64,000 bases of DNA from the human T2T-CHM13v2.0 reference genome, Homo sapiens, in assembly GCF_009914755.1 (NCBI RefSeq), contig NC_060927.1; one strand, 5' to 3'. The first letter of the stretch is position 1; each line of letters opens with the position of its first letter. Below the pieces are notes generated by a model. It was not told where the DNA came from, ran no database searches, and was given only the letters and a program-made list of their open reading frames with translations. Shown in pieces: positions 11,230 to 24,808 of the stretch. Position numbers and translations under genes: made by a program.

Positions 11230-13189
11230 GTGAAGCACTTAAAGGGGCCGAGGCCAGGAGGAGCCGCCGTTACTTCCCTTCTCGCCGCTCTCTCGACTTT
11301 TCACCGAGGCACGACTCTTCCCCCTTACCCACTCACCCCCACTTCTCCATCCAGCAAAGCCCCGACCAGAATTGGGTCTCTTGGCGCCAGACGTTCGCAG
11401 CTGCAGCACCAAGCAAAGTTATCATTTTAGAATTCAGGGGAGAGGAATTCGTCATTCCACACAAACTCGCTGACCGACCTGGGCGTTTAGCCCACAGAAA
11501 CACAGAAAACGGAAACCGAGCCCTCTAATCTTAGTTACCTTTAAGAGAGGCCTTAATTTCTTTTAACCAGGTTTCCAGTGGGAAGAATAAGCAGCATCTC
11601 CTTTTAAAATCTCAGCTCTCAAACAGATTTTTGTTACTATTTTGTACTGGCAAGGCCTAAGACCCAACCAAATCCCGTTTTCTCTTTAACTGCGGCTCGT
11701 AACCTCCGCCAGAGTGGGTTCTGTAGTCGAGGTGAGACAGGGTTCGGGCTCAAAGAAATCCTCTCCGGGGACAGCAGCAGCCAGTCCACCGACCTGGAAA
11801 CCTAAATCCCTCCGAAACGGGCATGCAGACTCAGACTTTTTGCCTCCCTCCCCGGGCTGCTTGTTTTCCATTTAAGTATTGAATGCAAGATGGTGTATTT
11901 GCGAATTAGATCCCGTGCAGCTGGGAACGACGAGAAGCGGCTCTGCTTGCCAAACGATAGGGCACTAACTGCAATTGCTGAGATTCTTAACAGGGTGTTC
12001 CAGGAAACAAATAAACAAACAATCCTCTCCCCTCTCCGCCCCCTTACCCCCTCCTGTGAAGGCCGTGGGGCGGCTCTATCTTCTCTCCGGGGATGCTGGG
12101 GGCCTGTGACGGAGCTCTGTTCTCGTCCTGCTGGAGTGCCCTGCCATTCACGCCGCGTGCCAGCGGTGGGGAGGAAAGATGCTAAGTGACAGGAGAGAGC
12201 CCCTAGCAATGGGGGTCCCACGGTGGCCAACTCTGGGGCAGTTCCTGCCCCTGCCACCCCCACACTTAAGTCAAAGGTTCTTTCCTATCTCCACTTGTGT
12301 CTCTTAAACAGAGCGGACACTTGGTCTGTCGTTTATAGCCCTTGAAATGTTGGCGTGCCCCTAAGCAACCTGCAGCACCCGTGTTGAGTCCTGGGCTCAG
12401 CACTGACCAGGCACGCTGGAGCTGTTGACTTTGGAAGACTGAAATGGGCATGAGTTGATGGATGGAAAGTACTCTGAACATGTAACAAGCAGTTCCTTGA
12501 GATCTAGTTTCCTGGTAGAACATTTTGCTTCCGACTCCAGTTTTCCCTTAGTGCCCTTTTTCTTTCTCCAGGTGGTACCGTTTCTGTTTGGTGGCTGGAG
12601 ATCTTACACTAGTACAGTTGTGCTCTGAGCTTATTGCTGACATTCCTGAGAGCTCTATCTCCCTAGCTAGATGAAGGGCCCAGGTAAGCTCCCAGATCCT
12701 CCTCCTCCCCAATTTTGTCTACCCCCACTCCCGCTCCTCCCCATCCCATCCCATGACATCCTGCTCTCTAAACTCATTTTTCCAAAGGAGCTTTCTTACT
12801 CCTCTTCCCTTAAGTCTCTCAGGCCCCAGCCCTCCGGAAGGCTTACAGCCCACAGAGCCACATATCCTCACCATCTAAACCGTAACACATCAATCACACT
12901 TTATAACTTTGGCTACAGGAAAACAGTGCCGCACGCTTCACAGCAACTTCCTCACAGGGTTGGACCTGATGCCTGGAGTTTGGCTCTTGTGACCTTTGCC
13001 TCAAGCCAAGTCTCTCCATTCCACTTTGAAAAGAGAAGTAGGATAGTTCTGGGTTGAGTAGTAACAAATAGTGGCTCAGGTGGGGGCAGGGGAGGATTGG
13101 GCGATAGATTTTTTTTCAAAAATGCTTGTCTTGAACACGCGATCATGTGCAGGGGATTACACCAGAATAATTGCCAATTAATTATTGCG

Positions 13190-13880
13190 ATTATTTAGTT
13201 ATCCAGTAAACATGTATTTTGTACCAAATATTCAGCCAGACTTCGTGCTAGGCAAAAAAGTTGCAGAGATGAATAAGACCCAGTCTTTGCGTTGGAGGAG
13301 CCCACAGTCTGCTGTGTAACTTCAGTATCTGAAGTTTACTCAGCACTTTATATATGACTTGTTCATGCCATATATAATTCTTCACAGATTATCTCATTTA
13401 ATCCTCATAATAATAGTACCAAAGTGGTCAGGCTATTAATGTCTCCATTCTATAATATATAGTTGAGAAACTGAGACACAGAGATTAAGTAGTTTGCCAA
13501 TGGTCACAGAGCTTGAAAGTCAGTTGCTGAACTTGGATAGGAGCCAAGGTGGTCACATCCCAGAGCCCATATATGGGAGACCTAGCATCTGCCTCTCTTG
13601 TTCAGCGACTACCGGGAAACATCATTTCAACCCAGAGTGGTAAAGGACAGAGCTGGCCAAAGTCAAAGGAGGCAGATTTTAGCTCCAAATAGGGTTAGGA
13701 AGGACTCTGGGATGTTTGGAGTGGTCCAGCAAAGGAAGATTGTATCTGGCCCTGAGTCTTCCATCACAGGAGGCATTTATGCAGAAAGATTTAGGGATAG
13801 GGTAGAGGGACTAATGCATTTTCCAGGATAGAAGAACTCTGAGGATTGTTCCATCTCTCAGAGTCTCTGATTCTGGGAAT
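13190..13880. mobile_element. Cluster of ancient L2, MIR and L3/MIR3 fragments
   Basis: MIR core (atctcatttaatcctca...gagaaactgagacacagag...ggtcacag), an L2-like end and an L3-like end. Confidence 0.55.
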
Positions 13881-14585
13881 TTGGAGGTTTGTGCTGGACA
13901 AGGGGTACAGCTCTTGGCACAGCCATCTTGGCTGCAGCATTAAAAGTCAGAGTACAGCCTGCGATGACCTGAGCCAGCTCCTGGGCCCAGGGTGGGCTCC
14001 TCATTTTTAAATATTTACTGATATCTTCTCTCCACTCTTCTTCCTTCTTCTCTTTATGATTTACCTCCCCGGCTCCTCTTCTTTTGTTATCTTTGCCTTT
14101 ATAAGAGTTAAAGGTAGTATTTAGAAGTTCTTTGTCTATTACATTGAGGCTTCCCTCCTAGGAACATTACTTACATGGGAGGTTTTGTCGAACAAGCATG
14201 TGTTCTAATTATCATTCCCTCTCCTCCAGGAGAGAAACAGGATTGGAAAAGAAAACAAAAAGAGAGACCAGTCCTCTGGCACATTCATCTAATGTCAATC
14301 TAGCCTTTGTCCTCTGGCAGTAGCAAAACTCAATCACAGCACGATAACTAGACCCTTGTTCTTTAAACTCAATTTGCAGTGTGTCTAGAGGGGAACAGTG
14401 TAGAAGAATAGAAAAGAAAGTACCTTGCCCCAAGCCTGAGAACTGTTACCCTTTAGAGAACTGCTTTTAGAATTTTCCCCTAAAATGCCAAAAGCAAGTT
14501 ACCGTATAAGGCAGGCAACCCTGTCTTGAGCTGATCACCAAAATGATCGTGGGAAATATGGAAGCATCATGATCCTGGTTTCTCA

Positions 14586-15109
<524 letters not shown>

Positions 15110-15224
15110 TCAGAAATAAAGGCCCTAAAAACTTAAGGGAGAAAAGAACATCTGTTAGCTTCAATGTCTCTTTAAAAAATAGGGGGCATATTGTTTTTAG
15201 GGTTCCTTCCAGCCGGGGAATAGT

Positions 15225-16140
15225 AAAAGCTGACATTTACTGAGTACTTAATATGAGCCAGACACTCCCTCTGAGGGAGGTACTATTATCATTATCTCCA
15301 CTTTTCATAGATGAGAAAGCTTAGGTACAGAAAGGTTCAATCTATTGCTCCAGGCCACATAGCTAGCACATAGTAAAAAAGGGAGTGTGCCCAAGCAACA
15401 GAGCCTGCTCCCCTAGGATCTGCCCAGGAGCCACTCTGCTGCCCTGTGGAAGCTGTGTGTGCTTAATGACAGCGGCCAGCACTGCAAGAACACTTCCCTG
15501 TGCTAGACTCTGTTTAGGGGCTTTGCTTATATTAACCCACTTGATCATCCTAATAACCCTGTGATACAGATATCATTATTCTCCCCGTTTTATAGATGAG
15601 GAAAGTGAGACAGAGAGGTTAGGTAACTTGCCCAAGGTCACACAGCTAGTAAGAGTTGGAGTCAGGCACCTAATGTAGATCTTGAACAGAGTCCTTGCTC
15701 TTATTCACTCTGCTCTGTCGTCTTAGTTCCTGCAGTCTCTCACTTTGTCATCTTGCCCCTCACCTTGTTCTCAGGGCTTTGGCTGCTTGCTTGCCATGCC
15801 AGTGAGAGCTGCTGTGCTTCCTTAGGAACCTGCTTCAGCAACTCCAGCCAGACTTCTGAATTATTGTCCTGGGCTGGCAAGGATTTGTCTTCATGAAAGC
15901 CACTTTAGAAAAAGAAGGGAAATGATGTTTACTGAGCATCTCCAATATGCCAGGCTCTGTGCTAGACACTTTACATACTACAGTGTTTCATTTAATACGC
16001 CCAATCTCTCTTTAGAAGTGGTAATAATACCCAATTTGCTGATATGAAAACTGAGTTTCAAAGTGAGAGGTTTAAAACCATGTCTGAGTTTCCTCAGTTA
16101 GAAAGGAGCAAGTCAGATCTCTGACAGAACACAGAATGCA
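15225..16140 (-). mobile_element. Three MIR elements (~15225-15380, ~15490-15710, ~15925-16140)
   Basis: Repeated MIR cores, e.g. ttttatagatgaggaaagtgagacagagaggttaggtaacttgcccaaggtcacacagctagtaag. Confidence 0.7.
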
Positions 16141-16341
16141 TGTTCTTGAGCCTCTGATCCAGCCAGTCTGGGGGACCTTATTCCTCTCCTGGTTCTTGAC
16201 TGAGCTCGAAGACATCCTTTCTCCTGTCTCCTGCTGACTTTCAATTCTTATGAAACAGCCACTATCAAGAAAACCTGGAAGAGCATGTCCTATTTAGATT
16301 TCTGATGGCTGACAGGTTTATTTCTTAAGCCCACAACTTTA

Positions 16342-16701
<360 letters not shown>

Positions 16702-18179
16702 TCAAAACTGAGTCCAGCTCTGCAGCAGAATCTGCACAGCAGCCATGCGACCCTGCAATCTCTCCCAAGCCTCCTGAGTCCTTTCATCTCACCATGCAGG
16801 GAAGAGCTCCTAGAGCCAGACACACGCCTGCATCCTTCCCTACCCCTGAGAAATCTGGGGGACTGCCTGTCTCCCATGAAAGAGCCTCGGGCTACTGGAC
16901 TTTTGGTGGATCCTGTGTTGGATCTTCCGAGTTTTCCTGCCCCCTTTTCAATGTCAGGTTGTTAATCAGAACATCACGATGCATTCAGCACATGCTTCTC
17001 TAGCCCCTCACATCTGTTGTAATTTTCTGACTCTGATCTGCCATAGGCGTGGAAACCAGCAAACCAAGTGTGTTTGCAATGGGCATAGAGAAAGAGCCCA
17101 GAGGTTCTGAGTAGCAGCAAAAGCATCCCCTCCAATGAGGAAGTGGACAAACTTGGATGTGTAGACTTGGCAAAATCTATTTTGACCGCTCAGAGTCCTC
17201 TTTTTGCTTCCTTTTATGCCCATGGTGGTGAGTTTTATGTGACCAGGGGTTAACCCCTTCTGTGCCCTCCTTGGACTTCAGCTCCTACAGCAGGAGCAGG
17301 CTGACTCAGAACTTGCCCGTCTCGAGCTACGAAAGGCCTTGCTTCAGCCTCTCCCGCAGCTCCACTGGAAGAGACTAAGGGGCTGGCAGGGCTGGAGCGG
17401 GGCTTCTTCATAGGCCTGCTTCAATGTGGCAGCTGGAGAGCGGGTGGTAAGGCGGGCGGTTCTTTCAGCTCTTGGCTTGGTCTGTAGACGCCCACCTCCG
17501 CTGAGGCTCTGCTGGGCCTGTGGAGTGGGCTGTATTTATTTTGAGTTGGACAAAGGGAAGATCAACCATGGCCAACTGACAATTGAGCCCCCAGAACAAA
17601 TGTCCTGTCAGTGGATTTGATCGCTTGGCTTCAAATGCGGGGTCCAGTCTGCCCTTTTAGCCTGAGGCATCTTCCCACTCATGGCCATGTCAAACCAAAT
17701 AACCACAGTGAGTGTTTAAAAAGAAGTACACATCCTCTTCCCTCCTCTCCCCATCATGTTTCTTGCTAATAGTCTATCTTGCCTGCCTGTTGGCTCTGGG
17801 GCAGGAGGCAGCCTCAATTTAAACCAGACCCATCTGAAAACCTCTTCTCATCCCCGCTCCTCTCCCTTCTCTGCCTTCTCTCCTATCAAGAGGCCAAGCT
17901 ATATGCCTAAAGATTTAAAATATGAGAACAGCATCCCATCCCAGGAGAGCCCTGAAGGCATCCAGGTTCTCTGTCTGTTCCTTCCTGCCCTAAGGCTCTA
18001 CTTGGGTACAAGACACTAGCGCTCATGAAATGATCAGGGGGCACAGTTTCACTCCCATCTCCACGTTGACCTGTATTTATTTCTAGGAGGCTGGAAGTTC
18101 GGCATCCAACTCTCAAGAGGGATTATCAGCTTGATGTAAGGGAATGTTCAGGCGCCTCAATTTGGGCCTGTTTTGCATG

Positions 18180-18700
18180 TTTGTTTACTTTTTAATTGAA
18201 GTATAACATACATACAAGAAAATACACAAATCACAAATATATAACTCTATGAGTTTTCACAAAGTAAGCACCTCTGTGCATTCAATACCAATATTAAGAA
18301 ACAGAACACTCCCGGCTCCCTTCCTCATCCCACCAAAAGCCGCCTTCATAGCCCTTACCAGTTGTTAAATCCCCTTCCCCACGAGGGTAGCCACCATCTT
18401 GGCTTCTGACATCACTGTTCAGTTTTGCCTGTTTTTGTACTTTATATACATGGAATCATACCATGTATAATGTGGTATCTGGCTTCTTTTCTTCAACATT
18501 TGTTTGGGATATTCATTCATTTTGTAGTATGTAGTTATATTTCATTCATTCTCATTGCTGTATAGTATTCCACTGTATGAGTATATTACAACTCATTTAC
18601 CCATGTTACTGTTAGTGAACATTTGGGCAGTTTCCAGTTTTAGCTATTTTTAATGATGCTGCTATGAACATTGTAGTGAGACTCTAGCACATCTTTTGGT
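18180..18700 (-). mobile_element. Old L1M 3' fragment
   Basis: tttttaattgaagtataacatacatac...atagtattccactgtatga...gctgctatgaacatt, typical of L1M 3' UTRs. Confidence 0.75.
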
Positions 18701-19043
18701 AAACATCAACCTAATTTTAGTTGGTTCACTTAAGATGCAGTCATAGGAATTGTTTTAATCTCTTATTTCTTCGAAAAGTGACAGAGATCTATGACAAAAA
18801 TTTCAACAGCACAGAAAGGTGTAGAATGAAAAATCAAAGCCTGTATATAACCTCCTAGCCTGTATCCATTTTCATGCATGATTAACAGTTTCTTGCGTAT
18901 CATTCTGTTTTCTATTGCCCAAACAACTATATCTATGTGTTACAGCCTTTTAAAAATATAAATTTTATTATACTGTATTTCTAACCTTAGGTCCCCTCCA
19001 CCCCAGCCCGTAACACTATAGAGTCCCAGCAATAAGTGGGTGA

Positions 19044-19400
<357 letters not shown>

Positions 19401-20004
19401 TGGGCAATCACCTTTAATGGGTTCTTAAGGTAAGACACATAGGAGTTTGCACAGCAGTAAATTTCATTTTCACTTCTAGAAGCATTTGTTGAGTTGCTGG
19501 TGTCCTCAGCTTAGGACTTGTCTGAGAAAAGGTCACAGTCTAGTGGGAGGTGGAAGAAGGGCACAGGAACAAATAGCTATTGTACAATATTTACAGGTGT
19601 CTTAATAGAGCCCTGTAAATGGGTTCTGAGAGTACAAATGAAGGAGCAGTGAGTACTTCCTGTGAGGGTCAAGGAAGGCTTTAGAGAGGGTTGACATTTG
19701 GGACAGCCCTTGAATGATTAATTACTCAACTTTGCTTTGCAGAGCAAGTAGCTTTCCAGGCAGAGGGAACAGCACACACAAACATATGGGGGCTTGGCAA
19801 TAGCTGGCACATCTAGGGACTGTTGATTCCTCATGTGTGTCTAAACTGTAGAATGTTAGGTCTGGGGGAGATATGACTGGGAAAGGGCTAGAATGGGTAT
19901 TTTAGGGACAGGACATCAAGGGTCTTAGAAAATCATTAGAGGGGTGACACTTCACATTTTGGAATCATTGAATACATCTCTTAGGTACTTAAAAACAATC
20001 AACC

Positions 20005-20322
20005 AGGCTGAGCGTGGTGGCTCACACCTGTAATCCCAGCACTCTGGAAGACCTTGAGCCCAGGAGTTCAAGACCAGCCTGAGCAACATGGCGACACCTC
20101 ATCTCTACAAAAAAAGAATGCAAAAATTAGCTAGGTATGGTGGTGCGTGCCTGTAGTCCCAGCTACTTAGCGGGGCTGAGGTGGGAGGATCACTTGATCT
20201 AAGGAAGTGGTGGCTGCAGTGAGCTGAGATTGTGCACCACTGCACTCCACCCTGGACGACAGAGCAAGACCCTGACTCAAAAAACAAACAAACAAATACC
20301 CAACCAACCAAACAAACAAAAA
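20005..20322 (+). mobile_element. Alu (AluJ-like, internal deletion, CAAA-type tail)
   Basis: ggctgagcgtggtggctcacacctg...gagcccaggagttcaagacc. Confidence 0.9.
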
Positions 20323-21784
20323 CTCAATCAACCAAAAGATAAAAACCTCTTCAAACGTCACAGCGTTTGTGATGTCTTCAATTAAAGCACAGATCACATT
20401 ATTTATGCATCTGTATTTCCTGTGACACAAATTCCTCTTACAGGGAACCTCTCAGACTCTTGTCTGAATCCTTCAGCCCCAACCACAGCACCTGGCACTT
20501 AGGAGGTGGTCACTAAAGGATGACTGAAAATGTGAATGAACATGTGATTTCTACCGCACAGCAAAACACTGTGCCTGAGAAAGGGGCGGCTGGGTTACCT
20601 TCTCTTTGTGGACTTAAGTTTTACAGGTGCGCAGCTTCTGCCTTGCTCACATGGTGGGAGAAGAATGAGGAACTGGTAACCTGGCCTCTGCAATAGCTCA
20701 GTGTGTGTGGAGGGAAGCACCGCATTTCCTTAGCAGCAGTACCTGGACCCTGGGACACCGAATTTCATTTTGGTCAGATTAGGAATGGCATGAAGCTCAG
20801 TGGGACCCTAGGGCCTCATCTTAGCATTTAGCAACCCAGAAGGAGTTCATATTGCACCCAAATTCCCAAGTCTCCCATTTGCATGTCCTTATTTAAGTCT
20901 TGTTCAGAAGGAGGACTTCTACCTCCTCATTGACTCATTCCACCTAGGTCCCTTTCCCTTCCCGACAGGTGTCCCTGGGGCTGGGCAATAGTGATCAGGT
21001 TGGAAGAACCACTTTCCACTTCTCCTCTGGTCTGGGAAGATTGGGAGGCTTCAGGGTCCCCCCTAAAAAACAGTGTCTCACTTACCCCTGGTGTTCCTGG
21101 TCCTCACCATTGTTGCCAGTTTCCCTGGGATACAATCCCATGCATCTGGAGGGTCTTTAGGCAGCCAAGAAAAATCAACATTCCAAGGCTTTCCTTTCTG
21201 CCTGACCATCAAGGAATTTTCTTCATCAAGTAGCATCCTGGTTGGGAGAATTTTGTATACCTTTGACTTGAACTGCCTTTGAAATCTTTCCTCACTCTTC
21301 TTGCCCCTTGCTCCATAACCTAATTGCTTTGTATATTTATCTGGGTTTCATCTAGATCTTCCCACCTAGGAATGTTCGTCTCGAACCTGTGAGCTGACCT
21401 TAGGGCCTGCTCCAACAGGGTCTGTCTCCATCACAGGGGAATGTACCAGCTAAATATGGACTTCCCCTTCCTCCCTATTAGTTAAACTGCTTTCGATGAC
21501 AAGATGCAATTTTTCATTACAGGATCCATGTTTTACCCATTCCAGCCCACACATTCCTGACTGGAATGCGAGTAGCATTCATTTACAACTATGTGTACAC
21601 CTTGTAAATGTAAATGGTAACTAGGTAATCCATATGGTAATATGGTAATGGCTCTATAGACTCTTGTCTGAAAGAGGCTCTTTATTTATCCAAAGATCTT
21701 CAGTGGCTTAAACCACCTCCCCCTGCTTCCCAGATGTAATGTTTTCTCTCAAAGCTACTAAATTATACCTGTGCTTCCTTGTGG

Positions 21785-22200
21785 CAGCTGGGATATGGTG
21801 AAAAGAGCATGAACTTGGAGCCAAAGCCCCACATCCTATCTCAACTCTGTCATCACTGACTAGGGGACTGTTGGCTCAGGCTGTTTCATTTCTCCGCATA
21901 TCAGTCTCCTATCTGAAAAATGGGAATAATAACTCCTGTCTTATAGGGCTGTTTGACTGTTCAATGAGATAAAGTATGTGAGGATGTCCAGTGCCAGGTA
22001 GATGTGGGCAGTGGAAATGGGTTTCCATCTTGCAAAGTGGATGAATTTGAGCCAATAATTTCATCTCTCTGAGCCTCAGTTTTATCATTTGTAAAACAGG
22101 GATAATAATGCAAACCTTAAAGTTTCCAAAAGGAATAAATAGAATATTTTGAAAAGCATCTAGCAGAGTATCTGGAATAGAGTAGAAATGTAATACATTG
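21785..22200 (+). mobile_element. Two MIR fragments
   Basis: ctctgagcctcagttttatcatttgtaaaacagggataata and a related core. Confidence 0.6.
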
Positions 22201-22690
22201 TGCTCTCTCCCAATTTTTCTGTATGAATCTTGTCGCTAGGAGCTCACCTTTCATGACCATCAGTGACCTTTTCAGTAAGATCCACAAAGCTGTTCTCTGG
22301 GGTAAATGCAATAGTTCCCACATCTTCCTTCTCAATGTGATATTTCCTCCTTTGTAGATTTCACTTAGTGTTTTCTTCTTTACTACTTTTCTCTGATGTC
22401 TAGTGTTTCTCTCTTCCTCACTGATTTCCAAAGAAACGAAAGGGATTCTGTTGGATCTCAGGACAGAGTTCAGAAAGCCTTCATGGAGGATGGGACCTTG
22501 CAGAATGCCCAAGTATTCTTTGGCAGAAAAGGGGTCATGGAGATCATAAGAAGAACGGTATGATGAAGGCATAAGTGTGTATGAGTCTGATATGTTGGAA
22601 GAAGAAGAGTGTGTCTGAGGCAATACTTTGTAAAGTCACTGAGATGTCCCGGCTCTTAGCAACCACAATTTTCTTAGTAGAACATTATGA

Positions 22691-23004
<314 letters not shown>

Positions 23005-24771
23005 TGAGTTTTTTTTTCTAAAAAAAAATAAAAAAGACTACCAGAAAAGCATGTGGTATATACTTCTATCGTATGAACCAAAACAATTTTATTAGTAGAA
23101 AATGGGAATTTATTTTATGTGTGCATATAAAATCACAACCATGAGCACGTGTCTGTGAAATAAACAAGCTGTTGAAGGACACGTGATGGGCTGCTCCTGA
23201 GGCTTTTCCATGATTATTCACACGGGACTTGTTCCTTCGCCTTGCCATCTGTGGGCTCTCACTAGAGATAGGCAGAGCTGTGAGTGCCAAAGGTTTAACA
23301 AAAATTGATGGGAAAAACTTAACATTGAGAAAATTGTATCTTTGAGCATAATTTGGACAAGCTTCCACTATTCTATTTTAGTGAAGGAACATTTCTTTCC
23401 AACTTCGGAGTGCCACTGAAGTTCAGTCTGCAGGGAGAGCTGGGTTGGGTGCTGGGGTTAGGGTGGGAGTAGGTGGGATGGGGTGGGGGTGAGGGAGGTG
23501 AGTTTGGAGGAAGTTGGGTAGGGGCTGTGTATTGGGGATCTGAGGAATTTGGGTCTGATTCTTCAAGCCATGGTAAGTTGTAGAGTAAAGGAGTGACAAA
23601 TGGAAGGGGGAAATTTGGGAACGACAAACCTGATGAGGGTGAAGGGTAGGTTGAAGTGCATCATAGCAGAGAGGTGAGAGAAAGAGAGCACAGACCTGGC
23701 TGAAGAGATGGGGGATCAGAAAAAGCATTCTTCAGATGCCTTCTTGTCCCGGCTCAGAACACCCCAAAGCTCAGAGGAACAGGACTGGGTTCACAAGGAA
23801 GAACAGGGAAGCTGTCTGGGCTATCAACACTCTTCAGTGTCTTGGAATCAACCCAGCATGTCCTGCTGCTGCTGCTTTCTGCCTCTGCTAGCTTGGATCC
23901 GGTAGGAAGAACAGAGTTTTACATTCCTTCAGTGAGTAATTGACAAAGCTCCACACCAGGTGTGAGTGGGGGGGTGGGGAGGCTCATATTTGCTCCTCCC
24001 CTGACTTCTTCCCCACCCTCCCTCCTTCTAGGCACACCAGGGATTTGTTCATCAGGGCTGATCTTGAATGGTGGAGATAGATTCAAGCCATTTTGAGCCC
24101 AGGTCCAGGGTAAACAAGTAACAGAATCCTGTAGGCTGTTACATTTGTTGTTTTAAAAAGACTTGGTACATTATTTGTAAGGGAGTGCCGTGGGAAGTAA
24201 AATAGTTCTTTCAGCTGGCAGGCATGCCTATCTGTCATGATACTTAAAAAAAATTAAACTTATGGCCTAATTCCAATCAGAGAGGTTTCAGATATTTAAT
24301 AATCTCATTTGTTACAGTTTCTCCAAAAGCATTTGTTTTTGTTAAGTTTTAAAATCAATCTTCTCCATTCACCCTAATTGGGAGTTATAAAGACATTTTA
24401 AATTGTAAAATCATTCTATATCCATTGTATACAGTTAGGGAAATATAAAAAATAATTACAAATAAACTAAACATCCATCATTCTAGAAATGAATACTGTT
24501 AACATTTAAGCATATTTCCTCCCTGTCTTTTTTTCTTGCTGTTTTACATAATGGAGATTTTAAAAGATAAAAAGCTTTGTATTTTTTCCTAGTATTATGT
24601 CATAGGAGTGGCTCTAGGTTATTAAACATTCTTCAAAAACTCAATTTTTAAAGTTTGCTTAGTATGTCTTCTTATAGCTATAATATGATTTGCTTGTTTC
24701 CCTAATGTTGATTGAGTATTAGGCTGTTTCCAATTTTTTGAGGTTAAAAAAAACACTACCGTGAATATCTT

Positions 24772-24808
24772 TGTGTGTGTGTGTGTGTGTGTGTGTGTTT
24801 GTGTGTGT
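24772..24808. repeat. (TG)n microsatellite at the end of an old L1-like AT-rich tract
   Basis: TG run. Confidence 0.9.

Larger units (their letters stand above)
9440..11420. promoter_or_regulatory. ETV5: CpG island / ETV5 promoter and 5' part of intron 1
   Basis: High GC and dense CpG compared with the CpG-depleted flanks; GC boxes; surrounds exon 1. Confidence 0.92.

Noticed and set aside
19589-19620. 9-bp inverted repeat ATTTACAGG...CCTGTAAAT
   Set aside because: Short enough to be expected by chance and within L2-like sequence.
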